Shown here in pieces: positions 1-7,569 of a DNA stretch of 23,000 bases. The DNA is taken from positions 1 through 23,000 of the forward strand of contig CAYQAJ010000050.1 of assembly GCA_964415245.1 (NCBI GenBank), in the 5' to 3' direction. Under the pieces are notes generated by a model. It saw only the letters and a program-made list of their open reading frames with translations, was not told the DNA's origin and did no database searches. The position numbers were made by a program, and so were the translations under genes. The DNA comes from an uncultured Pirellulaceae bacterium. Its GTDB lineage: Bacteria; Planctomycetota; Planctomycetia; Pirellulales; Pirellulaceae. The stretch's first letter is position 1, and every line of letters starts with the position of its first letter.

Positions 1-325
1 CGCCGCCCATGCCACCCATGCCCATGCCGCCGCCAAATTGGGCCAGCACGGGCACTCCGGCGAACGCCTCGGGCATCTTAATCGCCAAGGGGCGATCGCT
101 CTTGTTCTTGATCGTGATCGTCGCCTCCGTGGCATCCTTCGGAATGAACCGGACTTCGATGTCGCCCGATGCGATCGCGGTGAAAAACTCCACCACGTCG
201 CCCTTGGGCTTTGCCGACAGCGCCTTAGAGGCGGGAGTCACGGCGCGAGCCATCGCGGGCGACAGCACGAGAGCAACGACGACCGCGGCCCACATCGTGT
301 GGCCGAAACGATAATGGAAAGACAT
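1..325 (-). CDS. Partial (5' part only; continues beyond the window start) secreted hypothetical protein with a Gly/Met-rich segment
   Basis: My own reverse-strand translation from the ATG at 325-323 gives MSFHYRFGHTMWAAVVVALVLSPAMARAVTPASKALSAKPKGDVVEFF...GGGMGMGGMGG with no stop before position 1. The N-terminus is signal-peptide-like. A strong SD (GGAGGG) lies 9 nt upstream of the ATG. The ORF is absent from the supplied track only because it has no stop inside the window. It competes with the + ORF 9..314, which has no signal, no RBS and a Pro/Met-rich N-terminus. Confidence 0.5.
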   Translation of the reverse strand, partial: MSFHYRFGHTMWAAVVVALVLSPAMARAVTPASKALSAKPKGDVVEFFTAIASGDIEVRFIPKDATEATITIKNKSDRPLAIKMPEAFAGVPVLAQFGGGMGMGGMGG

Positions 326-800
326 GTTGGCTAACCCTCCACCTTCTTCTTTGTCCCTGGTTTGGCCCACCGGCAAACAAGCACAAGAGCACACCGCAAC
401 CTTGGGAGCCGATCGCATTGTGCGAGCCGACCGACCAACAGCCGTGGGCGCACGTTCGCTGTGCGCGAGAGCCCTTCGCTAGATATCAGCATACACGGTC
501 CGGGCTCACAATCCAACTTCCATGGATTCGAACGAAAAAAATGCAGGGAAAGGCCACACCCCCCTGGCGGGTGGCCTGGATGGTGTAAGCCTCCGCGGCG
601 GTACCGGGTGGAGTCTGGGACGGGGTCCCATTGACCGATATCCCAACCACCGATGACGGCCGCGCGCCGAAGGCCGAAAAGCACGTCCTTCCCGTACGGC
701 CGCGATGTGAAGCACCCTCACTGGTGCTTGGAAGTTGGAGCTTGTTGGTTATTTGGAATTTGGGATTGGGTGCTTGCTCGCGCCAGCGAACCGTTATCCC

Positions 801-1754
801 TTATCCCTCGATGAGGGACATGGCCCGCTGCAGCGTGGCCGGCACTTCTTCCCAGATGGCACGCAGGTCGGTCTGGTCCAGACCGAGCCCAGCGTAGACT
901 TCGTCCGGCGGAAGAGAAATGTTTTGCACTCCCAGCGAGGGCCAGCCGGCCCGCGTGCACAGGTAGTTGGCAATCGCCACCAGATACACGAGCTCCTTGT
1001 GCTCCCCTTCGTAGGCTTGGGGCTCGTGGTGGTAGCCGATGGCGTCGGCGATCTGGTCGGGCAGCGACCAATTACGCGCGACGAAACCTCCCAGTTGGGC
1101 GTGGTCGAACGTGTACACCTTGCGTTCGACCTCGACCGCCGGCGTCTCCTCATCGATGCCGTCCAGCACGCGGCAGAACTGACGCCGCAAGTGCTGATCG
1201 AGCAGAATGAACCCCACGTCGTGCAACAGGCCACCCACGTAGGCTTCGTCGGGCACGCCGCGGAGCGACACCTGCGACACCAGCCGCGCAACCGCCGCCA
1301 CTCCGAGCGCGTGCGTCCAAAGCCCATGTCGGCTATATCCGCGATAGTCGCCCGACTCGCGGAACATCCGGGCCACGTAAACCGTCAGCACCAGATTGCG
1401 GATTTCGCGGAAACCCAACAGACCGATGGCGCGGCTCAGGTCGGCGACCTTATTGCGCAGACCGTAATACGACGAGTTGACGCGCCGCAGCACGCGCATC
1501 GCCAGGGCGGGATCCGTCTGAATCGCCTGGTACAAATCGACGATCCGCGTGTCGTCGCGCTGGGCCAGATTGAGCACGCGCGAGGCGGTGTCGGGTAGCG
1601 CGGAGACTTCGGCGATGCGGCCGAACAATTTGGCAAGGGCCAATTGCCAGCGATCGCCCCCTTTGGTCGATGCGGCTGTCGGGGCGGGGTCAGGACGCAG
1701 AGCGGTATCCTCGCGCGGCGGCGCGGCTACGGCCGGGGCAGTGATCTGGGGCAT
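801..1754 (-). CDS. HDOD-domain signal-transduction protein with a Pro/Ala-rich N-terminal extension
   Basis: 317-aa ORF. It contains HDOD-like motifs (GLLHDVGFILL, YGLRNKV..., FDHAQLGGFVARNWSLPDQIADAIGYHHEP). The TAA stop is at 801-803. The start is uncertain because no SD precedes the ATG at 1754, so an internal TTG/GTG start is possible. Confidence 0.75.
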   Translation of the reverse strand: MPQITAPAVAAPPREDTALRPDPAPTAASTKGGDRWQLALAKLFGRIAEVSALPDTASRVLNLAQRDDTRIVDLYQAIQTDPALAMRVLRRVNSSYYGLRNKVADLSRAIGLLGFREIRNLVLTVYVARMFRESGDYRGYSRHGLWTHALGVAAVARLVSQVSLRGVPDEAYVGGLLHDVGFILLDQHLRRQFCRVLDGIDEETPAVEVERKVYTFDHAQLGGFVARNWSLPDQIADAIGYHHEPQAYEGEHKELVYLVAIANYLCTRAGWPSLGVQNISLPPDEVYAGLGLDQTDLRAIWEEVPATLQRAMSLIEG

Positions 1755-1992
1755 GGTGCAGCGTCACCAGGAGCGGGATCGGGCGATCCCCGTGCAACCC
1801 GTGCAGCGGGAACAATCGTTCCCAACCAATGCAAGGGCGGGAGGTACAGCAAGTCTACCGCGCGTTTCTGCCGCGTGGCGGCGATCGGGCGTAATCGGCC
1901 CCGAAACGGCTGTTTGACCGGCCTTTCTTCCAAACGTAAGTTTCCTATGGCATTCAACGCGCCCGATCGGCTCGCTGCCCTCCCACCGCTCC

Positions 1993-3579
1993 TTGCATCG
2001 CCTCGGCGGATCCATGTCTCCAACTCCGGACGAAAGCCTGCTGGCGCGCCTGGCGGGCCTCCAAACCGACGAAGACGAAGACCAGGACATCTGGGCCAGT
2101 ATTGCGGCGGCGCCTCCCGAGCACGACGTCGACCACGACGATCCGCCGTCCGGTACCGCCAAGACCGCCGACACGAAGCAGCGCAGCCCCGGCAGCGGCC
2201 GACCGGCGAACGTGCTGGCGCGGGTTCTGCGCGATCGACCTGCCGACGAAGAGGCCGACGAAGCGATCGTCGAGACCCAGGCAGCGTCGCGCGACGACCG
2301 TGCACCGGCGACCGACGAAGACGCCTTCGTGCCGCTGGAGCCGCGCAGCTTTCGCGACGCGGGCCTGACCGACACCGAGGTCGAAGCGCTGATGCTGAAG
2401 TTCCTGTTGGCGCGGGGCGATGCGCGGGGCCGCGACATCGCCGACCAGGTGGCTCTCCCCTTCGTGCTCATCGACGAACTGCTGCGCCAGCTTAAGTCCG
2501 ACCAGCTCGTCGTCTACAAAGCCGCGGCGGCGATGAACGACTACGTGTACCAGCTCACCGACGTTGGCCGGGAGCGTGCTCGCCGGTACAGTGCCCATTG
2601 CACGTACTTTGGGGCCGCGCCCGTCTCGCTCAAGGACTACGTCGAGAGCGTGCGGCTGCAGTCGCTCGAAAAGCAGCATCCCACCGAAGACGATCTGAAG
2701 GGCGCCTTCCAGGATCTGCTCATCAACCCGCAAATGCTCGATCGGCTCGGGCCCGCCATCAACTCGGGCCGCGGCATGTTCCTGTTCGGCTTTCCCGGAA
2801 ACGGCAAAACGAGCATCGCCGAGCGGGTAACGCGAGCCTTCGGACGCTGCATCTGGATCCCCCGGGCCCTGGGCATCGACGGCGAAATCCTGCGGCTGTT
2901 CGACCCCATGAATCACGAGGAAGCGCCGTTGGCGAAGGCGGACGGCCTCTTGGATTCGTCGCACATCGACAAGCGGTGGGTTCGCATCCGCCGCCCCACC
3001 ATCGTCGTGGGCGGCGAATTGACGATGGACAACCTCGAGGTCACCTTCAACACCTCGACCGGCATCAGCGAAGCTCCCATGCAGCTCAAGAGCAACTGCG
3101 GCACGCTGGTGATCGACGACTTCGGCCGGCAGAAGATGCGGACCGACGAGTTGTTGAATCGCTGGATCGTGCCGTTGGAAAAGCGATACGACTTCTTGAA
3201 CATGACCAACGGTAAGAAGATCCAGGTTCCCTTCGATCAGCTCATCATCTTCTCCACGAACCTGGAGCCCAAGGACCTGGTCGACGACGCCTTTCTGCGG
3301 CGTATTCCCTACAAGATCGAAGTCGAGAATCCGTCCGAGGCCGAGTTCCGCGAGCTGTTCCATATCATGTGCCCCCTGATGGGCGTTCCGCACGACGAGT
3401 CGGCCATCGACTACCTGATCGAAACGCACTATCGGTCCAGCGGCCGACCTTTCCGTTGTTGCCAGCCGCGCGATCTATTGCTGCAAGTTCGCAATCACTG
3501 CCTGTACAAGAAGGTGCCTGTCGAGCTTTCGCCCGAGTACTTCGACATCGCGACGGCAACCTACTTCGCGGTGATGTAG
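1993..3579 (+). CDS. AAA+/P-loop ATPase with an acidic disordered N-terminus and a winged-helix-like domain
   Basis: 528-aa ORF. Walker A is GFPGNGKTS and Walker B-like is [10 protein letters not shown]. The segment [28 protein letters not shown] resembles the sensor region of DnaC/IstB-type AAA+ proteins. The N-terminal ~120 aa are D/E-rich. Residues ~130-200 ([25 protein letters not shown]...LVVYK) look like a winged-helix domain. It is divergent from the HDOD gene. Confidence 0.7.
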   Translation: MHRLGGSMSPTPDESLLARLAGLQTDEDEDQDIWASIAAAPPEHDVDHDDPPSGTAKTADTKQRSPGSGRPANVLARVLRDRPADEEADEAIVETQAASRDDRAPATDEDAFVPLEPRSFRDAGLTDTEVEALMLKFLLARGDARGRDIADQVALPFVLIDELLRQLKSDQLVVYKAAAAMNDYVYQLTDVGRERARRYSAHCTYFGAAPVSLKDYVESVRLQSLEKQHPTEDDLKGAFQDLLINPQMLDRLGPAINSGRGMFLFGFPGNGKTSIAERVTRAFGRCIWIPRALGIDGEILRLFDPMNHEEAPLAKADGLLDSSHIDKRWVRIRRPTIVVGGELTMDNLEVTFNTSTGISEAPMQLKSNCGTLVIDDFGRQKMRTDELLNRWIVPLEKRYDFLNMTNGKKIQVPFDQLIIFSTNLEPKDLVDDAFLRRIPYKIEVENPSEAEFRELFHIMCPLMGVPHDESAIDYLIETHYRSSGRPFRCCQPRDLLLQVRNHCLYKKVPVELSPEYFDIATATYFAVM

Positions 3580-3837
3580 GGCTCGCGGATTAGGGGGCGA
3601 GTGTCGGTACGTTTTGCACGCTTAAGTGACAGCGATTGAACACTTTGGGGCGTTCGGCTCGGCTGTCGCAACGGAACGTGGGCGTAGCCCGAATGGAGCT
3701 GCGACAGCCCAGGAGACCTTGATAGTCGAAAAACGGCGTCGCAGAACATCGCCGTGCGGCGGTCTCGGCGTTTCGTCGAGGAAAGAGTCGCTTGGCCCCA
3801 AGTCGCAGAGCAGTTCGGCGTCGCCCCCGGGTCCGGT

Positions 3838-4017
3838 TTGCTACTGGATGCAGCGGGGCGCCGGCTGGCGGCGTTGAGTCTGGTGGTGGCGATGGTGGCC
3901 ACGATCGGCAGTCTGGCGCCGAGTCTGAGTCTTGCGCTAAGGGCCTGTCCGCTCTGCCAGTATCAGCGGTCGTTCACCATGGCAGCACTGGCCGTGCTGG
4001 CGTCCTGCCGAAGCTGA
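3838..4017 (+). pseudogene. Truncated DsbB/BdbC-family (disulfide bond formation protein B) N-terminal remnant
   Basis: In-frame segment ...LSLVVAMVATIGSLAPSLSLALRACPLCQYQRSFTMAALAVLASCRS*. It matches the TM1/CxxC/YQR/TM2 region of BdbC/DsbB (for example B. subtilis BdbC ALIAMLGSLYFSE...PCELCWYQRILMYPL). It stops about 17 aa after YQR. None of the three downstream frames before the next gene (4147) encodes further membrane segments. The start codon (TTG 3838 or upstream GTG 3754) is uncertain. Confidence 0.35.
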
Positions 4018-4146
4018 CAGCTTTGGCCACCCACCCCTGTCAGACAATTGCTTGGCGCCGCGCCGCACGTCACAATAAACTGCGCGTTTCGCGCTCTGCA
4101 TCCGCGCATCGAAAACGCGCCAATTCTCGCTTTCGGGAGACAGCCC

Positions 4147-4884
4147 GTGACAACTGCATCCATTCGTCGCGATCGACTCCTTCTTGGCGCTCTGGCGCTG
4201 TTGTTCGTTGCCGCGGTTCCGCTCGCGCCGCTCGCGGCCGACGACGACAAGAACGCCGACGATTGGTCGTCGTCGGTCAAGCTGCCCGACAAGGAGAAGC
4301 CCGTGCATCTTTTTAATGGCAAAAACTTCGAAGGTTGGGAAGGGAATATCGACAAGTACTTCACGATTCACGACGGCGTGATCGTGGCCAAGAACTCCGG
4401 CGACAACGCTCCTCCCATCAGCAACTATCTGCTCACCACCAAGAAGTACCGCAACTTCCGCCTGCTGCTGGAAGGCAAGCTCGTCGAGTCGGAGATGCAC
4501 TCGGGCGTCGCGCTGTGGGGCAAGAAGTACGAGAAGGACGACGAGAAGTTTTCGTACCAGGGGCACCTGGTGATGTTCCCCTCGCACTGGGGCTTTTGGG
4601 ACCTGTATCGCCGCAACAGCATCTATCAGGACGACGGCGCGGCGCGCAAGGCCGACAACGTGGGGGGCTGGAACCGCATGGAGATTCTGGCCATCGGCAG
4701 CCGCATTCGCCTGGCGGTGAACGGCAAGGAAGTCGCCGACTGGACCGACCCCATGCCCGAGCTATGCGGCGAAGGCCCGATCGGCCTGCAACTGCACTCC
4801 AACACGGTGCCGCAGGAAGTACACTTCCGCGGATTGATTTTGACCGAGGACCCGGAGGAGAGGTTGATTACGGTGGAGGAGTAG
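4147..4884 (+). CDS. Secreted DUF1080 (LamG-like jellyroll / 3-keto-disaccharide hydrolase family) protein
   Basis: GTG start at 4147 with SD GGGAGA 9 nt upstream. The signal peptide is RRDRLLLGALALLFVAAVPLAPLAADD. Family motifs are LFNGKNFEGWEG, IHDGVIV, NYLLTTKKYRNFRL, PIGLQLH and VHFRGLIL. Confidence 0.85.
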   Translation: MTTASIRRDRLLLGALALLFVAAVPLAPLAADDDKNADDWSSSVKLPDKEKPVHLFNGKNFEGWEGNIDKYFTIHDGVIVAKNSGDNAPPISNYLLTTKKYRNFRLLLEGKLVESEMHSGVALWGKKYEKDDEKFSYQGHLVMFPSHWGFWDLYRRNSIYQDDGAARKADNVGGWNRMEILAIGSRIRLAVNGKEVADWTDPMPELCGEGPIGLQLHSNTVPQEVHFRGLILTEDPEERLITVEE

Positions 4885-4987
4885 GCGCGATCCCCGCACG
4901 CGGCAAGCCGATCCCCTGACACGGAGACGTGGCGACACGGGGACGCGGTGAGTTTGTCGCGCCGGATCAACGGATGATCGATACCGG

Positions 4988-5046
4988 CGCTGAAAGCTGA
5001 AAGCCGAAGGCTGACGGCTGACAGCTCTGACCCGTTCAGTTTTCAG
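4988..5046 (+). repeat. Heptamer tandem array (GCTGAAA-like x6) forming a 13-bp inverted repeat (GCTGAAAGCTGAA / TTCAGTTTTCAGT) with a 33-nt loop
   Basis: Read directly from the sequence: gctgaaa gctgaaa gccgaag gctgacg gctgaca gctctga followed by cccgttcagttttcagt. The arms pair perfectly as RNA on the + strand when two G-U wobbles are allowed. It lies about 100 nt downstream of the DUF1080 stop and about 55 nt upstream of the TATAAT at 5101. Confidence 0.5.
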
Positions 5047-5100
5047 TCGGAGAGGGCGCTGGCGCGCGCATGGCGGCCATGCCCGGCGGGCCTTTCGGGG

Positions 5101-5106
5101 TATAAT
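5101..5106 (+). promoter_or_regulatory. Candidate -10 element (TATAAT) for the 5151-5946 two-gene cassette
   Basis: A perfect TATAAT hexamer lies 45 nt upstream of the ATG at 5151. I could not recognise a good -35. Confidence 0.3.
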
Positions 5107-5150
5107 TGAACGCTGGCGAACGACCGATTGGCTACGGGACCCTATCAGCC

Positions 5151-5555
5151 ATGGCATTTCAATTTGAAAGGGCGAGGTCCCCCGCTCCGGATTCCGGAGA
5201 CGCGGTTGACCGCGAGTTGGATCGACTTGCCGCGCTCGCGCCGAACTGGGACGCCCAAGGTGCCAAGGCGATCGACCCGGCGATCATCGATGCCGCGCGG
5301 GGCCTGGTGGCCGAGTTGCCCCTCGATGTGGCACGGGCGCCCAAGGTGGTTCCCATGGCCAAGGGGAATTTGCAGTTCGAGTGGCACGCAGGGGAGCGAT
5401 CGCTGGAGCTGGAGATCGAAGATCGCGAGACCGTTCACTTTCTGAAGTGGCATCCCGATGAGGGCGTTGAGGAGGAAGGCACGTTTCCGCTGAGCCAGGC
5501 GTCGCGCGCCGCCGACCTCATCCGTTGGTTCATGAGGGGCGTGGCGAATGTCTGA
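5151..5555 (+). CDS. Hypothetical protein (134 aa), first gene of an overlapping pair
   Basis: ORF MAFQFERARSPAPDSGDAVDRELDRLAALAPNWDAQGAK...RWFMRGVANV. I prefer the ATG at 5151; the listed 5106 start is a TTG inside the TATAAT box. Its stop overlaps the start of the next gene (ATGTCTGA). I recognise no family. Confidence 0.5.
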   Translation: MAFQFERARSPAPDSGDAVDRELDRLAALAPNWDAQGAKAIDPAIIDAARGLVAELPLDVARAPKVVPMAKGNLQFEWHAGERSLELEIEDRETVHFLKWHPDEGVEEEGTFPLSQASRAADLIRWFMRGVANV

Positions 5556-5946
5556 GGCCGATCGCCGCGGCCCCCAGGTCAACGCGGGCGAAGCGCTTTA
5601 CCGGCTCATCACAACGCGCGACTGGTGGGTGGCGGAGGAACTCCGGCCTTCCTCCGCTGCATTCGACGAGCCAAAGTTCTCCGTGAATATCGCTTCGCGG
5701 ACGACGGTCGAAGAGACTACGCGACAACTGCACGAAGACCTAGAGATCTTGGAAGGCGGAATCGTCTCCTTCGTCTGTGGCCGGGCGCGAGAATTGGGAT
5801 TCGATGCCCGCGACGAACCGGACGAGCAGTTTCCGGACAACGACGCTCACGCTCACGTCTACTACGATGGCGGCAGAAAACGGCCGCAAGAGGAATGCCC
5901 GCCGTTTGGCGAAGGAGTGTGCGATCGTTTTGGAGCCGACGTTTGA
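5548..5946 (+). CDS. Hypothetical protein (132 aa), translationally coupled to the upstream gene
   Basis: ORF MSEADRRGPQVNAGEALYRLITTRDWWVAEELRPSSAAFDEPKFSVNIASRTTVEE.... The ATG at 5548 overlaps the upstream TGA by 8 nt. I recognise no family. Confidence 0.5.
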   Translation: MSEADRRGPQVNAGEALYRLITTRDWWVAEELRPSSAAFDEPKFSVNIASRTTVEETTRQLHEDLEILEGGIVSFVCGRARELGFDARDEPDEQFPDNDAHAHVYYDGGRKRPQEECPPFGEGVCDRFGADV

Positions 5947-6004
5947 AGGGTGAGCGGTTTCTCCAGAGTAGACCTTCTTTTCGATTCGCACGAGGTGTCG
6001 ATTC

Positions 6005-7147
<1,143 letters not shown>

Positions 7148-7165
7148 GCTGGGCACGACGCGCCG

Positions 7166-7468
7166 TCATTTCGTGCCGCTCATCTTCGCCAATATCTTTT
7201 CCATCTCGGCAGTGGTGAAGGCCCGGGCCGTCGTTGTTTGCACGTTGCCGAGCGAGGCGATGTACAGCAGCCAGGCCGTGGCGGTTTCGTCGTCGGGGGA
7301 ATCGAAGATCAACAGGCCGTCGTAGGCGCCCATCGTCCAGTAAACGTCCTTGACTTTGACTCCGTGCTTCTCCGCCGCCGCCTTCAGCGCGGCCGCGCGC
7401 TTGGTCGTTTCGCCGATGGCCTTGATTCCCTGATCGGTGAATCGGACGGTGCTGATGAGCGTCGCCAT
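7166..7468 (-). CDS. GYD-domain protein
   Basis: 100-aa ORF MATLISTVRFTDQGIKAIGETTKRAAALKAAAEKHGVKVKDVYWTMGAYDGLLIFDSPDDETA.... It contains the GYD motif (GAYDGLLIF). SD GGAGA lies 7 nt upstream of the ATG. Confidence 0.8.
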   Translation of the reverse strand: MATLISTVRFTDQGIKAIGETTKRAAALKAAAEKHGVKVKDVYWTMGAYDGLLIFDSPDDETATAWLLYIASLGNVQTTTARAFTTAEMEKILAKMSGTK

Positions 7469-7509
7469 TTCTCGTCTCCTTGGCCGGAATGTGGGATTTT
7501 TGTGTGGCC

Positions 7510-7549
7510 GTCATTCTAGGGCGCTCGGCGGCGGGCGGGTAGAATGACC
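7510..7549. promoter_or_regulatory. 10-bp inverted repeat (GTCATTCTAG ... GTAGAATGAC) in the divergent GYD/beta-helix promoter region; each arm supplies a TAGAAT -10-like hexamer to one of the divergent genes
   Basis: Read directly from the sequence: gtcattctag ggcgctcggcggcgggcggg tagaatgac, a 9/10 match with a 20-bp spacer. TAGAAT at 7540-7545 lies about 25 nt upstream of the + gene ATG at 7570. The reverse-complement copy on the minus strand lies upstream of the GYD ATG at 7468. Confidence 0.35.
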
Positions 7550-7569
7550 CGTAACAGGAGGAAACCGCC

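Noticed and set aside
9-314. + strand ORF MPPMPMPPPNW... at the window start
   Set aside because: The opposite strand encodes a protein with a clean signal peptide and a strong SD (GGAGGG) that runs off the window. The + ORF has no RBS and a low-complexity N-terminus.
517-527. GGATTCGAAC (reverse complement GTTCGAATCC), a tRNA T-loop-like motif that might indicate a tRNA gene or an att-site remnant
   Set aside because: The flanking sequence cannot form a T-stem or acceptor stem on either strand, so it is an isolated motif and not a tRNA.
1954-3429. 491-aa minus-strand ORF antisense to the AAA+ ATPase gene
   Set aside because: It has no recognisable motifs. The + frame carries clear Walker A/B and sensor motifs. 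Long antisense ORFs are expected at ~65% GC.
1993-3579. Possibility that the DnaC/IstB-like ATPase marks an IS21-family insertion sequence
   Set aside because: There is no IstA-like transposase ORF, no terminal inverted repeats and no target duplications around it. Its N-terminal domains are unlike IstB. I treat it as a chromosomal ATPase.
3754-4017. Calling the full 87-aa ORF (MRRSRRFVEERVAWPQ...) an intact small CDS
   Set aside because: Only the C-terminal ~50 aa resemble DsbB/BdbC. The N-terminal part is an Arg-rich GTG-initiated extension with no RBS. It is reported as a probable gene remnant instead.
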